Below, one piece after another: positions 48,437 to 62,988 of a stretch of 64,000 bases of DNA. Position 1 is the first letter of the stretch. Every line of letters begins with the position of its first letter. A model generated the notes under the pieces. It saw only the letters and a list, made by a program, of their open reading frames with translations. It had not been told where the DNA came from and did not search any database. The stretch comes from an uncultured Chloroflexia bacterium (GTDB lineage Bacteria; Chloroflexota; Limnocylindria; Limnocylindrales; CSP1-4), in NCBI GenBank assembly GCA_963833225.1, contig CAWHXD010000008.1, positions 288,001-352,000 of the forward strand, given 5' to 3'. The position numbers and the translations under genes were made by a program.

Positions 48437-49945
48437 ATGGATCGTCAACGATCCCGATTCGCACGGCTCGCCGCGCTGGTGGGCACCGTGGTCATCGCTG
48501 TCGCCGCGTGCAGCGGCACGGCGGCAACCCCCAGCCCCACCGTCGCTCCGACCGAGGCCCCGGCCACCACGGCACCCGCCACCGAGGCGCCGACACCGCT
48601 CGTCACCGCGGCCCCGATCGTCCCCGACGAGCCCGGGCCCAACGGCGGCACCGTCGTCCGCTGGTTCGTTGGCCTGGGCACCGGCGGCCAGCCGCAACAG
48701 GTCGCGACCCAGACGCAGGTGGTCAACGACTTCAACGCCTCGCAGTCGGACGTCTACATCTCGCTCGAGATCTACGACAACAAGGTCGCGGGCAACATCC
48801 TCAAGACGCAGATCGCCGCCGGCAACGCGCCGGACATCATCGGCCCCGTCGGCGTCGAGGGCCTGAACCTGTTCATCGACCAGCTCATGGACCTCCAGCC
48901 GCTGATCGACTCGACCGCGTACGACATGACCCGCTACGACTCGGCGCTGGTCGACTTCTTCAAGATGGGCAAGGCCGGCGAGACGATCGGCGTCCCGTTC
49001 GCGACCTACCCCTCCTACCTCTGGTACAACAAGAAGCTGTTCGACGAGGCGAAGCTTGCGTACCCGCCGTCCAAGGTCGGCGACCTGTACGAAGGCAAGC
49101 CGTGGGACATGGAGGCCGTTCGTCAGCTGGGCATGCGGCTCACCGTGGACAAGAACGGCAACGACGCCACCAGCGCGGCTTTCGACCCCGACAACATCGT
49201 CCAGTGGGGCTTCGACATGCAGTGGTCTGACAACAGCCCGCTCGCCGAGGCATCCCTGTTCGGCGCCAGCTCCTTCCTCGCCGCGGACGGCAAGACTGCC
49301 CAGGTGGCGGACCCGGTCCGCACGGGTGAGGCCTGGTACAACGCCGGCGTCTGGACCGACCACTTCATCCCCGACAACAACCAGATCAACGGCGACCTGC
49401 TGGCCAAGGGCAACGAGTTCCAGTCGGGCAACCTCGCGATGGACGAGACCCACAGCTGGTACTCGTGCTGCGTCAACCCGGCCGCCCCCGCCAAGCCGAT
49501 CGTGAAGGACTTCGGCTGGGCCGTCGCCCCGTCGTACAACGGCGTCACGACCGCCAAGCTCCACGCCGACACGTTCAGCATCCTCAAGGGCAGCAAGCAC
49601 CCCGAAGCCGCGTTCGCGGCGCTCACCGCGCTTGCCGCGTCGGGCGACCTGCTCCAGGTCTACGGCGCCTTCCCGGCCGACCCGTCCCTCCAGCAGGCGT
49701 TCTTCGACAGCGTCGATGCGCAGTACCCGAACGTGAAGCTGGACTGGTCGGTCCCGCAGGCGATGCTCGGCTACCCCGACATCCCCAACCACCAGTCCTG
49801 GGTCCCTGACTACGCCAAGAGCAAGGCGGCGTGGCAGGCGTTCCAGAACAAGTACCGGACCACGCCGGGGCTCGACATCAACGCCGAGCTCGATGCGCTG
49901 CAGCAGACGCTCCAGGGCATCTTCGACGCGGCCGGCGGGCAGTAG
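48437..49945 (+). CDS. Carbohydrate ABC substrate-binding lipoprotein
   Basis: Lipobox VAAC; APDIIGPVG; LWYNKKLFDEA. Confidence 0.9.
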   Translation: MDRQRSRFARLAALVGTVVIAVAACSGTAATPSPTVAPTEAPATTAPATEAPTPLVTAAPIVPDEPGPNGGTVVRWFVGLGTGGQPQQVATQTQVVNDFNASQSDVYISLEIYDNKVAGNILKTQIAAGNAPDIIGPVGVEGLNLFIDQLMDLQPLIDSTAYDMTRYDSALVDFFKMGKAGETIGVPFATYPSYLWYNKKLFDEAKLAYPPSKVGDLYEGKPWDMEAVRQLGMRLTVDKNGNDATSAAFDPDNIVQWGFDMQWSDNSPLAEASLFGASSFLAADGKTAQVADPVRTGEAWYNAGVWTDHFIPDNNQINGDLLAKGNEFQSGNLAMDETHSWYSCCVNPAAPAKPIVKDFGWAVAPSYNGVTTAKLHADTFSILKGSKHPEAAFAALTALAASGDLLQVYGAFPADPSLQQAFFDSVDAQYPNVKLDWSVPQAMLGYPDIPNHQSWVPDYAKSKAAWQAFQNKYRTTPGLDINAELDALQQTLQGIFDAAGGQ

Positions 49946-49962
49946 GCTCGTCCTCTCCTCCC

Positions 49963-49990
49963 AGGGCGCCCGGCTCCGGCCGGGCGCCCT
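49963..49990 (+). terminator. Hairpin after the substrate-binding gene
   Basis: agggcgcccggc-tccg-gccgggcgccct. Confidence 0.55.
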
Positions 49991-50019
49991 GATCACGACC
50001 CCCACCTGGAGCGAGGCCG

Positions 50020-51006
50020 ATGACCGCGACGATCGAGGACCTGCCCGAGGTCTCGCTCGCGCCTGACGGACCGCGCCGGTTCCGCCGGCCGTCCATGCCG
50101 TCCCTGCATGGCCCTGCCGCGCGCGAGGTCGCCTGGGGGATCGTGTTCATCAGCCCCTGGCTGATCGGGCTCGTGCTGTTCACGGCCGGACCGATGGTGG
50201 CCTCGCTGGTGATGTCGCTGACCAACTTCGACCTCGTCCACCCGGATGACATCCGGTTCGTGGGCCTGGACAACTACGCGCGGATGGTGACCGATCCCAC
50301 CATCGCCACCTCGGTGATCGCCACGATCAAGTTCGCCCTGATCGCGATCCCGCTCACGATGGCGGCCAGCCTCGGCTTCGCGGTCCTGCTCAACCACCCC
50401 AAGCTGCCCGCAAAGGGCCCCTTCCGGGCGCTGGTCTACATGCCGATGATGATCCCGCTGGTGGCCTCGACCCTGGTCTGGATGGGCTTCCTCAACACCG
50501 ACACGGGGTGGCTCAACGCGATCCTGGGGGCGCTCGGCCTGCCCGAGCCCGACTGGATCAACAACACGACCTGGATCTACCCGGCGTTGTCGATGATCGG
50601 GCTGTGGGGGATCGGCAACTTCATGCTGATCAACATCGCCGGCCTGCAGTCGGTGCCCACCGAGCTCTACGAGGCCGCACGGATCGATGGCGCCGGGGGC
50701 TGGACCCAGTTCCGGCGGATCACCATCCCGTTGATGAGCCCGGTCCTGCTCTACAACCTGGTGATCATCCTGATCGGCACCTTCCAGTACTTCACCCAGG
50801 CCTACACGATGACCAACGGCCGAGGTGACCCGGACAACGCCACGCTGTTCATCAACCTCGTGCTGTACCGCGAAGGGTTCGTGTTCAACCACATGGGCTA
50901 CGCGGCGGCGATCGCGTGGCTGCTGTTCGTGATCGTGCTGGCGCTCACGCTGGTCCTGTTCGCGTTCGCCCGGAACCGCGTCTACTACGCCGGGGGCGAG
51001 CGGTGA
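50020..51006 (+). CDS. Carbohydrate ABC permease
   Basis: ELYEAARIDGA EAA motif. Confidence 0.93.
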   Translation: MTATIEDLPEVSLAPDGPRRFRRPSMPSLHGPAAREVAWGIVFISPWLIGLVLFTAGPMVASLVMSLTNFDLVHPDDIRFVGLDNYARMVTDPTIATSVIATIKFALIAIPLTMAASLGFAVLLNHPKLPAKGPFRALVYMPMMIPLVASTLVWMGFLNTDTGWLNAILGALGLPEPDWINNTTWIYPALSMIGLWGIGNFMLINIAGLQSVPTELYEAARIDGAGGWTQFRRITIPLMSPVLLYNLVIILIGTFQYFTQAYTMTNGRGDPDNATLFINLVLYREGFVFNHMGYAAAIAWLLFVIVLALTLVLFAFARNRVYYAGGER

Positions 51007-52088
51007 CGGCGGTCGCGCGATCCCACGAGCGGGCGTTCTCCGATCGCTCCGCGGTCGCCCGCTCCTACCGCCGGTTCCTGGGCCGCTCGATGCTGCTGAT
51101 GTTCACGACGGTGATCGTCGGGGCGTACCTGCTGCCGTTGCTGTACATGGTGACCACGGCGCTCCAGCAGCCGGGCCAGTCCACCGTCCCGGGCGCCCCG
51201 ATCTGGCCGGCGCTGCCCCAGTCGTTCGAGATCGACGGCGAGAGCTACAACGTGTACCAGGTCCCGATGCCCGATGGCTCCACGCGCTCGCTGGCCCTCG
51301 TGGAGCCCGGCCGGGAGTCGAGCGTGTTCGTGGACCCGTCGGACCCGACCCTGGCCCCGATCCCGTGGGAGGGCCGCTGGCGGACGCTCGAGCAGTCGTG
51401 GTCGTTTGCCCCGCTGATCGACAACTTCACCGTCTCGTGGGACCAGCTCGACTTCCCGCGACTACTGCGCAACACGGTCGGGATCGCGCTGCTGAGCACG
51501 ATCGGCGCGGTCACCTCGTCGATCCTGGTCGCGTACGGCTTCGCACGCTTCCGGTTCCCGGGACGCAACGTCCTGTTCGTGATCCTGATCGCGACGATCA
51601 TCCTGCCGTTCCAGGTGACCCTGCTCCCCCAGTACGTGATGTTCACCTGGCTCGGCTGGAACGGGACGTGGCTGCCGCTGATCATCCCCCACTGCTTCGC
51701 GAACGCGTACAACGTGTTCCTGCTGCGCCAGTACTTCATGTCGATCCCGCGCGAGATGGACGAGGCGGCCATGTGCGACGGCGCCGGGCCGTTCCGGATC
51801 CTGCGCTCGGTGATCGTCCCCCAGTCGGTGGCCGCGATCACGGCGGTGTCGCTGTTCCACTTCTTCTTCGCCTGGAACGACTTCTTCGTCCCGCTCCTCT
51901 ATCTCGCCAGCAAGCCCGAGCTGCAGCCCGTGTCGATCGCGATCCAGCAGTACAACGCGCTGTACGCGACGCAGCCCACCCTGATCCAGGCGTCAGCGCT
52001 GATGACCATGGCCATCCCGATCGTCGTGTTCCTGCTGGCGCAGCGCGCGTTCATGCGCGGCGTGGTGATCACCGGCGTGGACAAGTAG
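51003..52088 (+). CDS. Carbohydrate ABC permease
   Basis: AYGFARFRF; EMDEAAMCDGA; WNDFF. Confidence 0.93.
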   Translation: MTAVARSHERAFSDRSAVARSYRRFLGRSMLLMFTTVIVGAYLLPLLYMVTTALQQPGQSTVPGAPIWPALPQSFEIDGESYNVYQVPMPDGSTRSLALVEPGRESSVFVDPSDPTLAPIPWEGRWRTLEQSWSFAPLIDNFTVSWDQLDFPRLLRNTVGIALLSTIGAVTSSILVAYGFARFRFPGRNVLFVILIATIILPFQVTLLPQYVMFTWLGWNGTWLPLIIPHCFANAYNVFLLRQYFMSIPREMDEAAMCDGAGPFRILRSVIVPQSVAAITAVSLFHFFFAWNDFFVPLLYLASKPELQPVSIAIQQYNALYATQPTLIQASALMTMAIPIVVFLLAQRAFMRGVVITGVDK

Positions 52089-52095
52089 GTCCAGC

Positions 52096-56017
<3,922 letters not shown>

Positions 56018-56029
56018 CCGGACCGGATC

Positions 56030-56431
56030 TCAGGCCGGCGGGCTCTTGATCGTCTCGAGCGCCCGCTGGATCGCCTCGTGGAGCCGGGCCCCGGTCGGCT
56101 GACCCTCGAGCGGCACGACGCCGTGGGTTGGCTCGTCGTCGAAGCCGGAGAGGCCCATGCCCGGGAACGTCAGCACGATGGGCACGTCGGGATGGAGGCG
56201 ACGCAGGCCCGCGATGAGCTCGGTGGACCCGTCGCTGTCCCCGCTGGCCCAGGCGTCGTAGATGAGCACGTCGGACCGCGCCGCCAGCTCACAGGTGCCG
56301 CCATTGAGCACGGGACAGGTGTTGGCGGTCGGACCGCTGCACTGGTCCACCTGGTAGCCGAGGCGGCGGAGGGACTCGACCTCCTGGTCGGCAAGGTCGA
56401 TGTCGTGGTGGACGACGAGCGCTCTGGTCAT
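56030..56431 (-). CDS. Receiver-like protein with a Cys motif
   Basis: ALVVHHD...LRRLGYQV..CSGP...CPVL...C...DVLIYD...LRRLHPDVPIVL; GGAGG RBS. Confidence 0.65.
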   Translation of the reverse strand: MTRALVVHHDIDLADQEVESLRRLGYQVDQCSGPTANTCPVLNGGTCELAARSDVLIYDAWASGDSDGSTELIAGLRRLHPDVPIVLTFPGMGLSGFDDEPTHGVVPLEGQPTGARLHEAIQRALETIKSPPA

Positions 56432-56580
56432 GGACGCACCTCCACGGGTCGCCGCGGCGCCCGACACCGCGGTCCCGCCCGCAGGCGCAGGGTGCGCGAC
56501 ATCCGGCACGGCGTGGAAGGGCCGGATGTCATCCTCTCGGAAGCCGGCTCGCGTCCATGGTAGCGGTGTCGCTCCAGGAG

Positions 56581-57801
56581 CTAGTAGCGGTGTCGCTCCA
56601 CGAACCGCTCGATCCGCACCAGCGCCTCCTCGAGCTGCTCGTAGGCGGTCGCGTAGCACATTCGGACGTGACCCTCACCCGATGGGCCGAAGGCGCTCCC
56701 GGGCACAACGGCCACCTTCTCCTCGCGCAGGAGCTGCTCGGCAAACTCGTCGGACGTGAGCCCGGTTGAGCTGATGTCGGGGAAGGCGTAGAAGGCGCCC
56801 CGGGGCTCGAACGTCGGCAGGGCAAGCCTGTTGAGGCCATCCACCAGCAGCCGGCGGCGACGGTCGTACTCCGCGACCATGGCCTGGACCGCCGGCTCGC
56901 CGCCCTGGAGCGCCGCCAGCGCCGCGTCCTGGGCCACGGTCGGCGCGGACATGATCCCGTACTGGTGGACCTTGACGATCCCCTCGAGGATCGGCGCCGG
57001 CGCGCACATCCAGCCCACGCGCCAGCCGGTCATCGCGTATGCCTTCGAGAACCCGCCCATGAGCACCGTGCGCTCCCGCATCCCGGGCAGCGAGCTCAGG
57101 GCCCGGTGACGGTAGGTGCCGTAGGCCAGCCGGTCGTAGATCTCGTCGCTGTAGACGAGCAGGTCGTGCTCCACCGCGATCCGGGCCAGCTCGTCCTGGA
57201 CCGCGTCGTCGAGGACGGCGCCGGTCGGGTTGGCCGGATAGCCAAGGAACAGCGCCTTGGTCCGGGGCGTGATCGCCGCCTCGACCACCTTCGGATCGAG
57301 GGCGAAGTCGTCGTCGAACCTCGTGGGGACCATGACCGGTGTGCCGCCGGCGAACACGATCGCCGGGATGTAGGCGACGTAGCTGGGCTCGTGGAGGATC
57401 ACCTCGTCGCCGGGGTCGCATGTCGCGCGCAGGGCCAGGTCCACCGCCTCCGAGGCACCGACCGTGATCAGGATCTCCGTGGCCGGGTCGTAGGTCACGC
57501 CGTATCGGTGCTGGAGGTGCGCGGCGAGGGCCTGCCGGAGCTCGATCGTCCCGTAGTTGCTCGTGTAGTGGGTGCGTCCCTCGCGCAGGGCCTCGACGCC
57601 CGCCTCCACGATCTCGCGCGGCGTGTCGAAGTCGGGCTCGCCCACTCCGAGGCTGATGACGTCGTCCATCGTGGCCAGGATGTCGAAGAAGCGCCGGATG
57701 CCCGACGGGGGTACGGCGCGAACCCGCTGGCTGAGGGCGCGGTCCGCGAGCGGGGCGCGGTCCACGAGCGGGGCGCGGTCTGGAGTCGGATGGGTCGGCA
57801 T
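56581..57801 (-). CDS. Class I/II PLP-dependent aminotransferase
   Basis: ISLGVGEPDF; PANPTG; SDEIY; FSKAYAMTGWRVG. Confidence 0.93.
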   Translation of the reverse strand: MPTHPTPDRAPLVDRAPLADRALSQRVRAVPPSGIRRFFDILATMDDVISLGVGEPDFDTPREIVEAGVEALREGRTHYTSNYGTIELRQALAAHLQHRYGVTYDPATEILITVGASEAVDLALRATCDPGDEVILHEPSYVAYIPAIVFAGGTPVMVPTRFDDDFALDPKVVEAAITPRTKALFLGYPANPTGAVLDDAVQDELARIAVEHDLLVYSDEIYDRLAYGTYRHRALSSLPGMRERTVLMGGFSKAYAMTGWRVGWMCAPAPILEGIVKVHQYGIMSAPTVAQDAALAALQGGEPAVQAMVAEYDRRRRLLVDGLNRLALPTFEPRGAFYAFPDISSTGLTSDEFAEQLLREEKVAVVPGSAFGPSGEGHVRMCYATAYEQLEEALVRIERFVERHRY

Positions 57802-57873
57802 CCCTGAATTGTACGGCATCACCGGGCGCCACGACCCGCATTCCGCGATCCGCCACCGGCCGCTGCCCCGAGA

Positions 57874-58063
57874 CCCGCCTGATGCCTCCCAGTCCACCAT
57901 TTCGCCTCGGGCCGCTCGGGGTGGGCCGCCATGCTGCCCCGGGGTCAATGGTTTCGCCCGCGTTGGCGGGTCCGGTGACCGGCACGCCACGACTTCCGGG
58001 TTTCGGAGGACCGTGAGGCTCGACGGCGGCGAAGTCGTGGACTCCAGGGCAACACCCGTCAGC
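57874..58063 (-). ncRNA. ssrS: Probable 6S RNA
   Basis: ~190-nt rod folded by hand: GGUGUU/GGCAUC, AGUCCAC/GUGGACU, UUCGCC/GGCGAA, UCGAGCC/GGCCCGA, a central bubble with CCCACC on the 3' side, CCCGG..GUCGUGG/CCAUUGAC..CCGGG, branched apex. Confidence 0.65.
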
Positions 58064-58166
58064 GCGCACCGGCGCGGCCGACGTCGGGGTAGCGGCGGCC
58101 GGCGCGGGATGGTTCGCGGGGTGGCACAGGCCATCCCGCGACCCAGCAACCCGGCCATCCGGTGCG

Positions 58167-59738
58167 TCAGGCGCCGGCGCCCACCCTGGGTTCCGCGACG
58201 GCGGGGTCCACCAGCCGGTCGAGGTCGCGCGGCCGCACCGAGCGCCACGCCACGCCTGCCGTGACACCCTCGAACGCCCGTGCCGCACGCAGCAGGGTCA
58301 GCTCCGACCAAGGCGCCCCGATGAGCTGCAGCCCCACCGGGAGCCCGTCCGACAGGCCGCACGGGACGGAGATCCCGGGCAGGCCCGCCATGTTGACGGG
58401 CAGCGTGCACACGTCGGCGAGGTACATCGCGACCGGGTCGTCCAGCTTCGCTCCCAGCGGCCAGGCGACCTGCGGCGACGTGGGCGCGACCAGGGCGTCG
58501 AAGCCGGCCGCCCAGAGCCGGTCGAAGTCGCGGCGGATGAGCGTGCGGACCTTCTGGGCCTTGAGGTACATCGCGTCGTAGTAGCCGGCCGACAGGGCGT
58601 AGGTGCCGAGCATGATCCGGCGCTTGACCTCGGTCCCGAACCCCTCACCGCGGGTGGCCACCGTGTTCGCGATGGAGTCGCCCGCGTCGAGGACGCTGTG
58701 GCCGAAGCGGACGCCGTCGTACCGGGCGAGGTTGGATGACGCCTCCGCGGGGGCGACGATGTAGTACGCGGCCAGGCCGTAGTCGGTGTGCGGGAGGCTC
58801 ACCTCCTCGACCGTCGCGCCGGCCGCCTCGAGGGTCGCGACCGCCTCGCGGACCCGCGCCTCCACCCCGGGCTCCATGCCCTCGACGAAGTACTCGCGTG
58901 GCAGCCCGAAGCGCTTCCCCACCAGCCACGCGGCGGCCTCGTCGTCCGCGGCCGGCAGCCGCAGCAGCTCGTCGGGGACGGCGATCGGTGCGCTGGTGGA
59001 ATTGCGGGCGTCCCGCCCGGCGACCGCGTGGAGCACGGTCGCGGCGTCACGCGCGTCACGGCCGAAGGACCCGATCTGGTCGAGCGAGCTGGCAAAGGCC
59101 ACGATCCCGTAGCGGCTCACCCGGCCGTACGTTGGCCGGATCCCGACGACGCCGCACAGCGCGGCGGGCTGGCGGATCGAGCCGCCGGTGTCGGTCCCGA
59201 TGGCGACCGGGACCTGGTACGCCGCAACGCTGGCCGCGGAGCCGCCGGAGGACCCGCCGGGCACCCGGTCCAGGTCCCACGGGTTGGCGGTGGGTCCATA
59301 GGCCGAATGCTCCGTGGATGAACCCATGGCGAACTCGTCCATGTTCGTCTTGCCCAGGATCACCGCGCCCGCGTCGTGGAGACGCTCCGTGACGTGGGCG
59401 TCGTACGGCGCCCGGTAGCCGTCAAGGATCCGCGAGCCGGCCGTGCACTGGCCGCCCTTGACCGACACCAGATCCTTGAGAGCCACGGGCACGCCGAGCA
59501 GCGGGTGAAGGGCCTCCATCGCCGCCGGGCCTCCGGCGCGCGCGACGGTCAGGCGGGTGTCGGCGGCGTCGGCTTCGGCAAGGGCGCGATCATCGTCGAT
59601 CGACAGCCAGGCATGCAGCCCACGATCGGTCGCATGCGCCCGCTCGAGGTGCGCGATCGTCAGCTCGCGCGCCGTCGTGTCACCGGCACGGAGGCGAGCC
59701 GCCATCTCGTGTGCCGCGAGCAGCGTCGGATCGCTCAT
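58167..59738 (-). CDS. gatA: Asp/Glu-tRNA amidotransferase subunit A
   Basis: [13 protein letters not shown]; [10 protein letters not shown]; [12 protein letters not shown]; EVKRRIMLG. Confidence 0.96.
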   Translation of the reverse strand: MSDPTLLAAHEMAARLRAGDTTARELTIAHLERAHATDRGLHAWLSIDDDRALAEADAADTRLTVARAGGPAAMEALHPLLGVPVALKDLVSVKGGQCTAGSRILDGYRAPYDAHVTERLHDAGAVILGKTNMDEFAMGSSTEHSAYGPTANPWDLDRVPGGSSGGSAASVAAYQVPVAIGTDTGGSIRQPAALCGVVGIRPTYGRVSRYGIVAFASSLDQIGSFGRDARDAATVLHAVAGRDARNSTSAPIAVPDELLRLPAADDEAAAWLVGKRFGLPREYFVEGMEPGVEARVREAVATLEAAGATVEEVSLPHTDYGLAAYYIVAPAEASSNLARYDGVRFGHSVLDAGDSIANTVATRGEGFGTEVKRRIMLGTYALSAGYYDAMYLKAQKVRTLIRRDFDRLWAAGFDALVAPTSPQVAWPLGAKLDDPVAMYLADVCTLPVNMAGLPGISVPCGLSDGLPVGLQLIGAPWSELTLLRAARAFEGVTAGVAWRSVRPRDLDRLVDPAVAEPRVGAGA

Positions 59739-59746
59739 CGGCGGCG

Positions 59747-60043
59747 TCAGTCCCCGCCCAGGATCACGGGCACGACGAACAGGTCGCCCTCGCGCCGCGG
59801 AGCGTTGGCGAGCACGGCCTCCGGGTCCATCGAAGGACCAGCGACATCCTCGCGCAGGATGTTCTCGAGCTCGATCACCTGGGCCGTCGGCGGGATCGAG
59901 TCAGTGTCCAGCTCGGCGAGCTTCGCGTACTGCTCGAGGATGTGGTTGAGCTCTCCCTCGAGGCGCGCCATCTCGGGTCCGGTCAGGCCAAGGCGCGCAA
60001 GGTGGGCGACATGCTCGACGTCGGCGCGGGTCAGCGAGGCCAT
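59747..60043 (-). CDS. gatC: Asp/Glu-tRNA amidotransferase subunit C
   Basis: [10 protein letters not shown]...LREDV...LANAP...FVVP. Confidence 0.92.
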   Translation of the reverse strand: MASLTRADVEHVAHLARLGLTGPEMARLEGELNHILEQYAKLAELDTDSIPPTAQVIELENILREDVAGPSMDPEAVLANAPRREGDLFVVPVILGGD

Positions 60044-60102
60044 GCCCCCGATGATACGCGGGTGGGCACGCCGGACCGCGCCGGCCGGGGGCTGCCCATC
60101 GA

Positions 60103-61032
60103 TCAGGCGCGAAGACCCTCGTTCCCGGGCTGGGGAGCCGGACCCGGTGCCGGGTGGAGGTGGACTCCGTCGTCCGGGACGTGGGGGTCGCTGTTGGGGC
60201 GGACATGCGCCGCCCCGAGCGTCCGGGCGAGGAACTCGCGCGTCCGCGGGTCCTGCGGCGCGTCGATCACCTGGTCGGGCGGCCCGACCTCGAGAAACAT
60301 GCCTTCCTCGATGTAGTACACGCGGTCCGCCGCCTCGCGGGCGAAGGCCATCTCGTGGGTGACGACGATCATCGTCGCGCCCTCGTGAGCCAGGTCCTCC
60401 ATCACGTTGAGCACCTCGCCCACGAGCGTGGGGTCGAGGGCGGACGTCGGCTCGTCGAACAGCAGGACCTTGGGTTCCATCGTCAGCGCCCGGGCGATCG
60501 CGACGCGCTGCTTCTGGCCGCCGGACAGGCGCCCGGGGTACTCGTCCCGCTTCTCGGCCAGGCCGACCTTGTCGAGGTACTTCTCCGCGGTCACGATCGC
60601 CTCGTCCTGCGATACGCCCTTGACCCGGATTGGACCCTCGATCAGGTTGTCGATCACCTTCAGGTGCGGGAACAGGTTGAACTCCTGGAACACCATCTGG
60701 GCCCGCAGCCGGATCTGGCGGATCTGCTCGCGATGCTCCCGGCTCCGGCCGTGGAGCGGGTCGGCATCCACGCGCAGGCCGTCGATCTCGATGCTCCCGA
60801 CCGTGGGCTCCTCGAGGAAGTTCATGCAGCGCAGCAGGGTCGACTTGCCGCTCCCCGACTTGCCGATCAGGCACACCGTCTCGCGAGGGTAGACCTCCAT
60901 GGACACGCCTTTCAGGACGTGGTTGGCGGCGAAGAACTTCTGGATCCCCAGGGCCCGCACGATCGGTTCGGCGCCGGCGGGCGTCAGGGTTCCCGGCCGG
61001 GCGTACGGGTCGCGCTCGTCGATGGTCGTCAC
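60103..61032 (-). CDS. Polar amino acid ABC transporter ATP-binding protein
   Basis: GKSGSGKST; LSGGQKQRVAIARAL; DEPTSALDP. Confidence 0.93.
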   Translation of the reverse strand: MTTIDERDPYARPGTLTPAGAEPIVRALGIQKFFAANHVLKGVSMEVYPRETVCLIGKSGSGKSTLLRCMNFLEEPTVGSIEIDGLRVDADPLHGRSREHREQIRQIRLRAQMVFQEFNLFPHLKVIDNLIEGPIRVKGVSQDEAIVTAEKYLDKVGLAEKRDEYPGRLSGGQKQRVAIARALTMEPKVLLFDEPTSALDPTLVGEVLNVMEDLAHEGATMIVVTHEMAFAREAADRVYYIEEGMFLEVGPPDQVIDAPQDPRTREFLARTLGAAHVRPNSDPHVPDDGVHLHPAPGPAPQPGNEGLRA

Positions 61033-61886
61033 AGCCGTACGTCACCCTCCGCGAGCCGCTTCTCGAGCCGGTCCTGGAACAGGCTCAGGATGATGGTCAT
61101 GAACCAGTACACGACGGCGGCGAGCAGCAGCGTGTCCAGGCTGCGGAAGTGGGACTGCCCGACCTCCTGTGCCCGCCACAGCAGCTCCTGGACCGTGAGG
61201 AGCGAGACCAGCGCCGAGTCCTTGATCATCGCGATGAACTCGTTGCCGATGGCCGGCGTGATGATCCGGATCGCCTGCGGCAGCACGATCCGGCGCATGA
61301 TGGTCCGGTCCTGCATGCCCAGCGCCGCCGCCGCCTCCACCTGGCCCCGAGGCACGGCCTGGATCCCGGCGCGGAAGATCTCGGTCATGTAGGCGCCGTA
61401 GTTGAACGCCAGCGCCGAGATGCCCAGCACGACGAGGTCGATCTGGGCGAACCCCTCCCAGATCTGCGGCAGCGCGAGGTAGAAGAACAGCAGCTGGACG
61501 ATGAGCGGTGTGCCCCGCACGAGGGACACGTAGAAGCTGGCGATCCCGTAGATCACCGCATTGCCGCTCAGCCGTCCCAGCGATCCCAGCGTGGCCAGCA
61601 CGACCGCGACGGCGATCGACGCGATGGAGATGATGAACGTGAGCGGGACGCCGCCCAGGATGTACGGGGCCCATTCGAGGATGAACTCGCCGTCGATCTT
61701 GCCGCCCAACGCAAGCGACCCGACGAGGACGCTCGCGAGCGCTACCCAGGTGAGGACGAAGGTGGTCCGGAAGCGCCCACGGGCCCGCGACCGCGATCGT
61801 GCGATCGCGGCGACGATCTCCGCCGGGCGCTGGCCCCCCATCGAGGCCTCGGCCGCCGCGTGCGCCCCGCTGCCTGAGCTCATCAT
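61029..61886 (-). CDS. Polar amino acid ABC transporter permease
   Basis: RGTPLIVQL; EIFRAGIQAVPRGQVEAA; KDSALVS. Confidence 0.93.
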   Translation of the reverse strand: MMSSGSGAHAAAEASMGGQRPAEIVAAIARSRSRARGRFRTTFVLTWVALASVLVGSLALGGKIDGEFILEWAPYILGGVPLTFIISIASIAVAVVLATLGSLGRLSGNAVIYGIASFYVSLVRGTPLIVQLLFFYLALPQIWEGFAQIDLVVLGISALAFNYGAYMTEIFRAGIQAVPRGQVEAAAALGMQDRTIMRRIVLPQAIRIITPAIGNEFIAMIKDSALVSLLTVQELLWRAQEVGQSHFRSLDTLLLAAVVYWFMTIILSLFQDRLEKRLAEGDVRL

Positions 61887-61903
61887 CAGCTGCTCCAGCT
61901 AGG

Positions 61904-61932
61904 GCGAGGCCGCGCACGAAGCGCGGCCTCGC
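61904..61932 (-). terminator. Hairpin after the substrate-binding gene
   Basis: gcgaggccgcgc-acgaa-gcgcggcctcgc. Confidence 0.6.
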
Positions 61933-61946
61933 AGGCTTGCCTGGTG

Positions 61947-62988
61947 TCAGCCTCCCTGCTTGATGGTCAGATCCTCCCCGAACCACTTCATGGACATCGC
62001 GGTGAGGGTGCCGTCATCGTGCATGGCCTGCAGGATCTCGTTCACCTTCGCGACCATGTCTGTCGGGTCGGGGCCACTCTTGTCGAACGCCGCGGCGAGC
62101 GGCTCGTAGAACACCGGGTCACCGACCTTGACAACGGGCAGCCCGTCATCGATGGCCGCCTGGACAGTCGTCGAGGAGCTGAGCCAGCCCTCGAATTCCT
62201 TGCGCCCGGCCTTCCAGGCTTCGGCGCACTGGCGGTCCGTCTTGAGGGTGGTCGCCTTGACGCCGGCGGGCGGCGCCGTCTGTGGCGATTCGGTTCCGAA
62301 GTCCAGGGTGCCCTTGAGCCAGTCCAGGTAGGTGGTTCCCTTGCCGACGCAGACGGTCTTGCCGGCCAGGCCGTCGAGGGTGGTGATCCCGGTATCGGCC
62401 CTAGCCGCCATCTGGGCGGGGGTGTAGTAGTACGGGATCGTGAAGTCCAGGACCTCTTGGCGCTTGGTCGTGATCGTCATCGAGCCGACGCTGAAGTCCC
62501 AGCGGCCGCTCCAGGAACCTGCGGTGAGGGCGTCCCAGTCAGGCGTCTCGAATGAGATCGTCACGCCCAGCCGCTTGGCGATCTCGGTGCCGACGTCGAT
62601 GTCGAAGCCCTCGTACGTCCCGTCCTTCGTGATCACCGACTGCGGCGGGTACTGGGGATCGGTCGACATCACGATGTTGCCGGCCGTGAGGACCTTGTCC
62701 AGCAGGCCGCCGGGGATAGGAGTGGCAGGCGCCATGCTCTCGGGCGCCATGCTCTCGGGCGCCATGCTCTCGGGGGCCATGCTCTCGGGGGCCAGGGGGG
62801 GGGGTGTAGGGGTGAGGGGGGGGGGGTTGCACACTTGATCTCCGGCGGCGCCGTGTGCTCTCGGGGGCCATGCTCTCGGGGGCCTGGGTCGGCGCGGTGG
62901 TGGGAGCCGGGGTGGCTCCACCTCCGGAGCACGCTGCGACCAGAACGGCCGCAGCCCCGAGCATGGACAGCTGTCTGCGCAACAACAT
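61947..62988 (-). CDS. Amino acid ABC substrate-binding lipoprotein (frame broken at 62795-62855)
   Basis: GGAGG RBS; lipobox VAAC; DPQYPP; GFDIDVG; DGTLTAMSMKWFG. Confidence 0.88.
62731..62884. repeat. 15-bp tandem repeat encoding (APESM)n
   Basis: gccatgctctcggg(c/g) x4 at 62731-62790, then ~2 more copies at 62856-62884. Confidence 0.9.

Noticed and set aside
57741-57780. 18-bp tandem repeat at the aminotransferase N-terminus (DRAPLV/DRAPLA)
   Set aside because: Short slippage duplication in a disordered N-terminus; no evidence of function.
62731-62884. CRISPR array
   Set aside because: In-frame coding tandem repeats without unique spacers; no cas genes.
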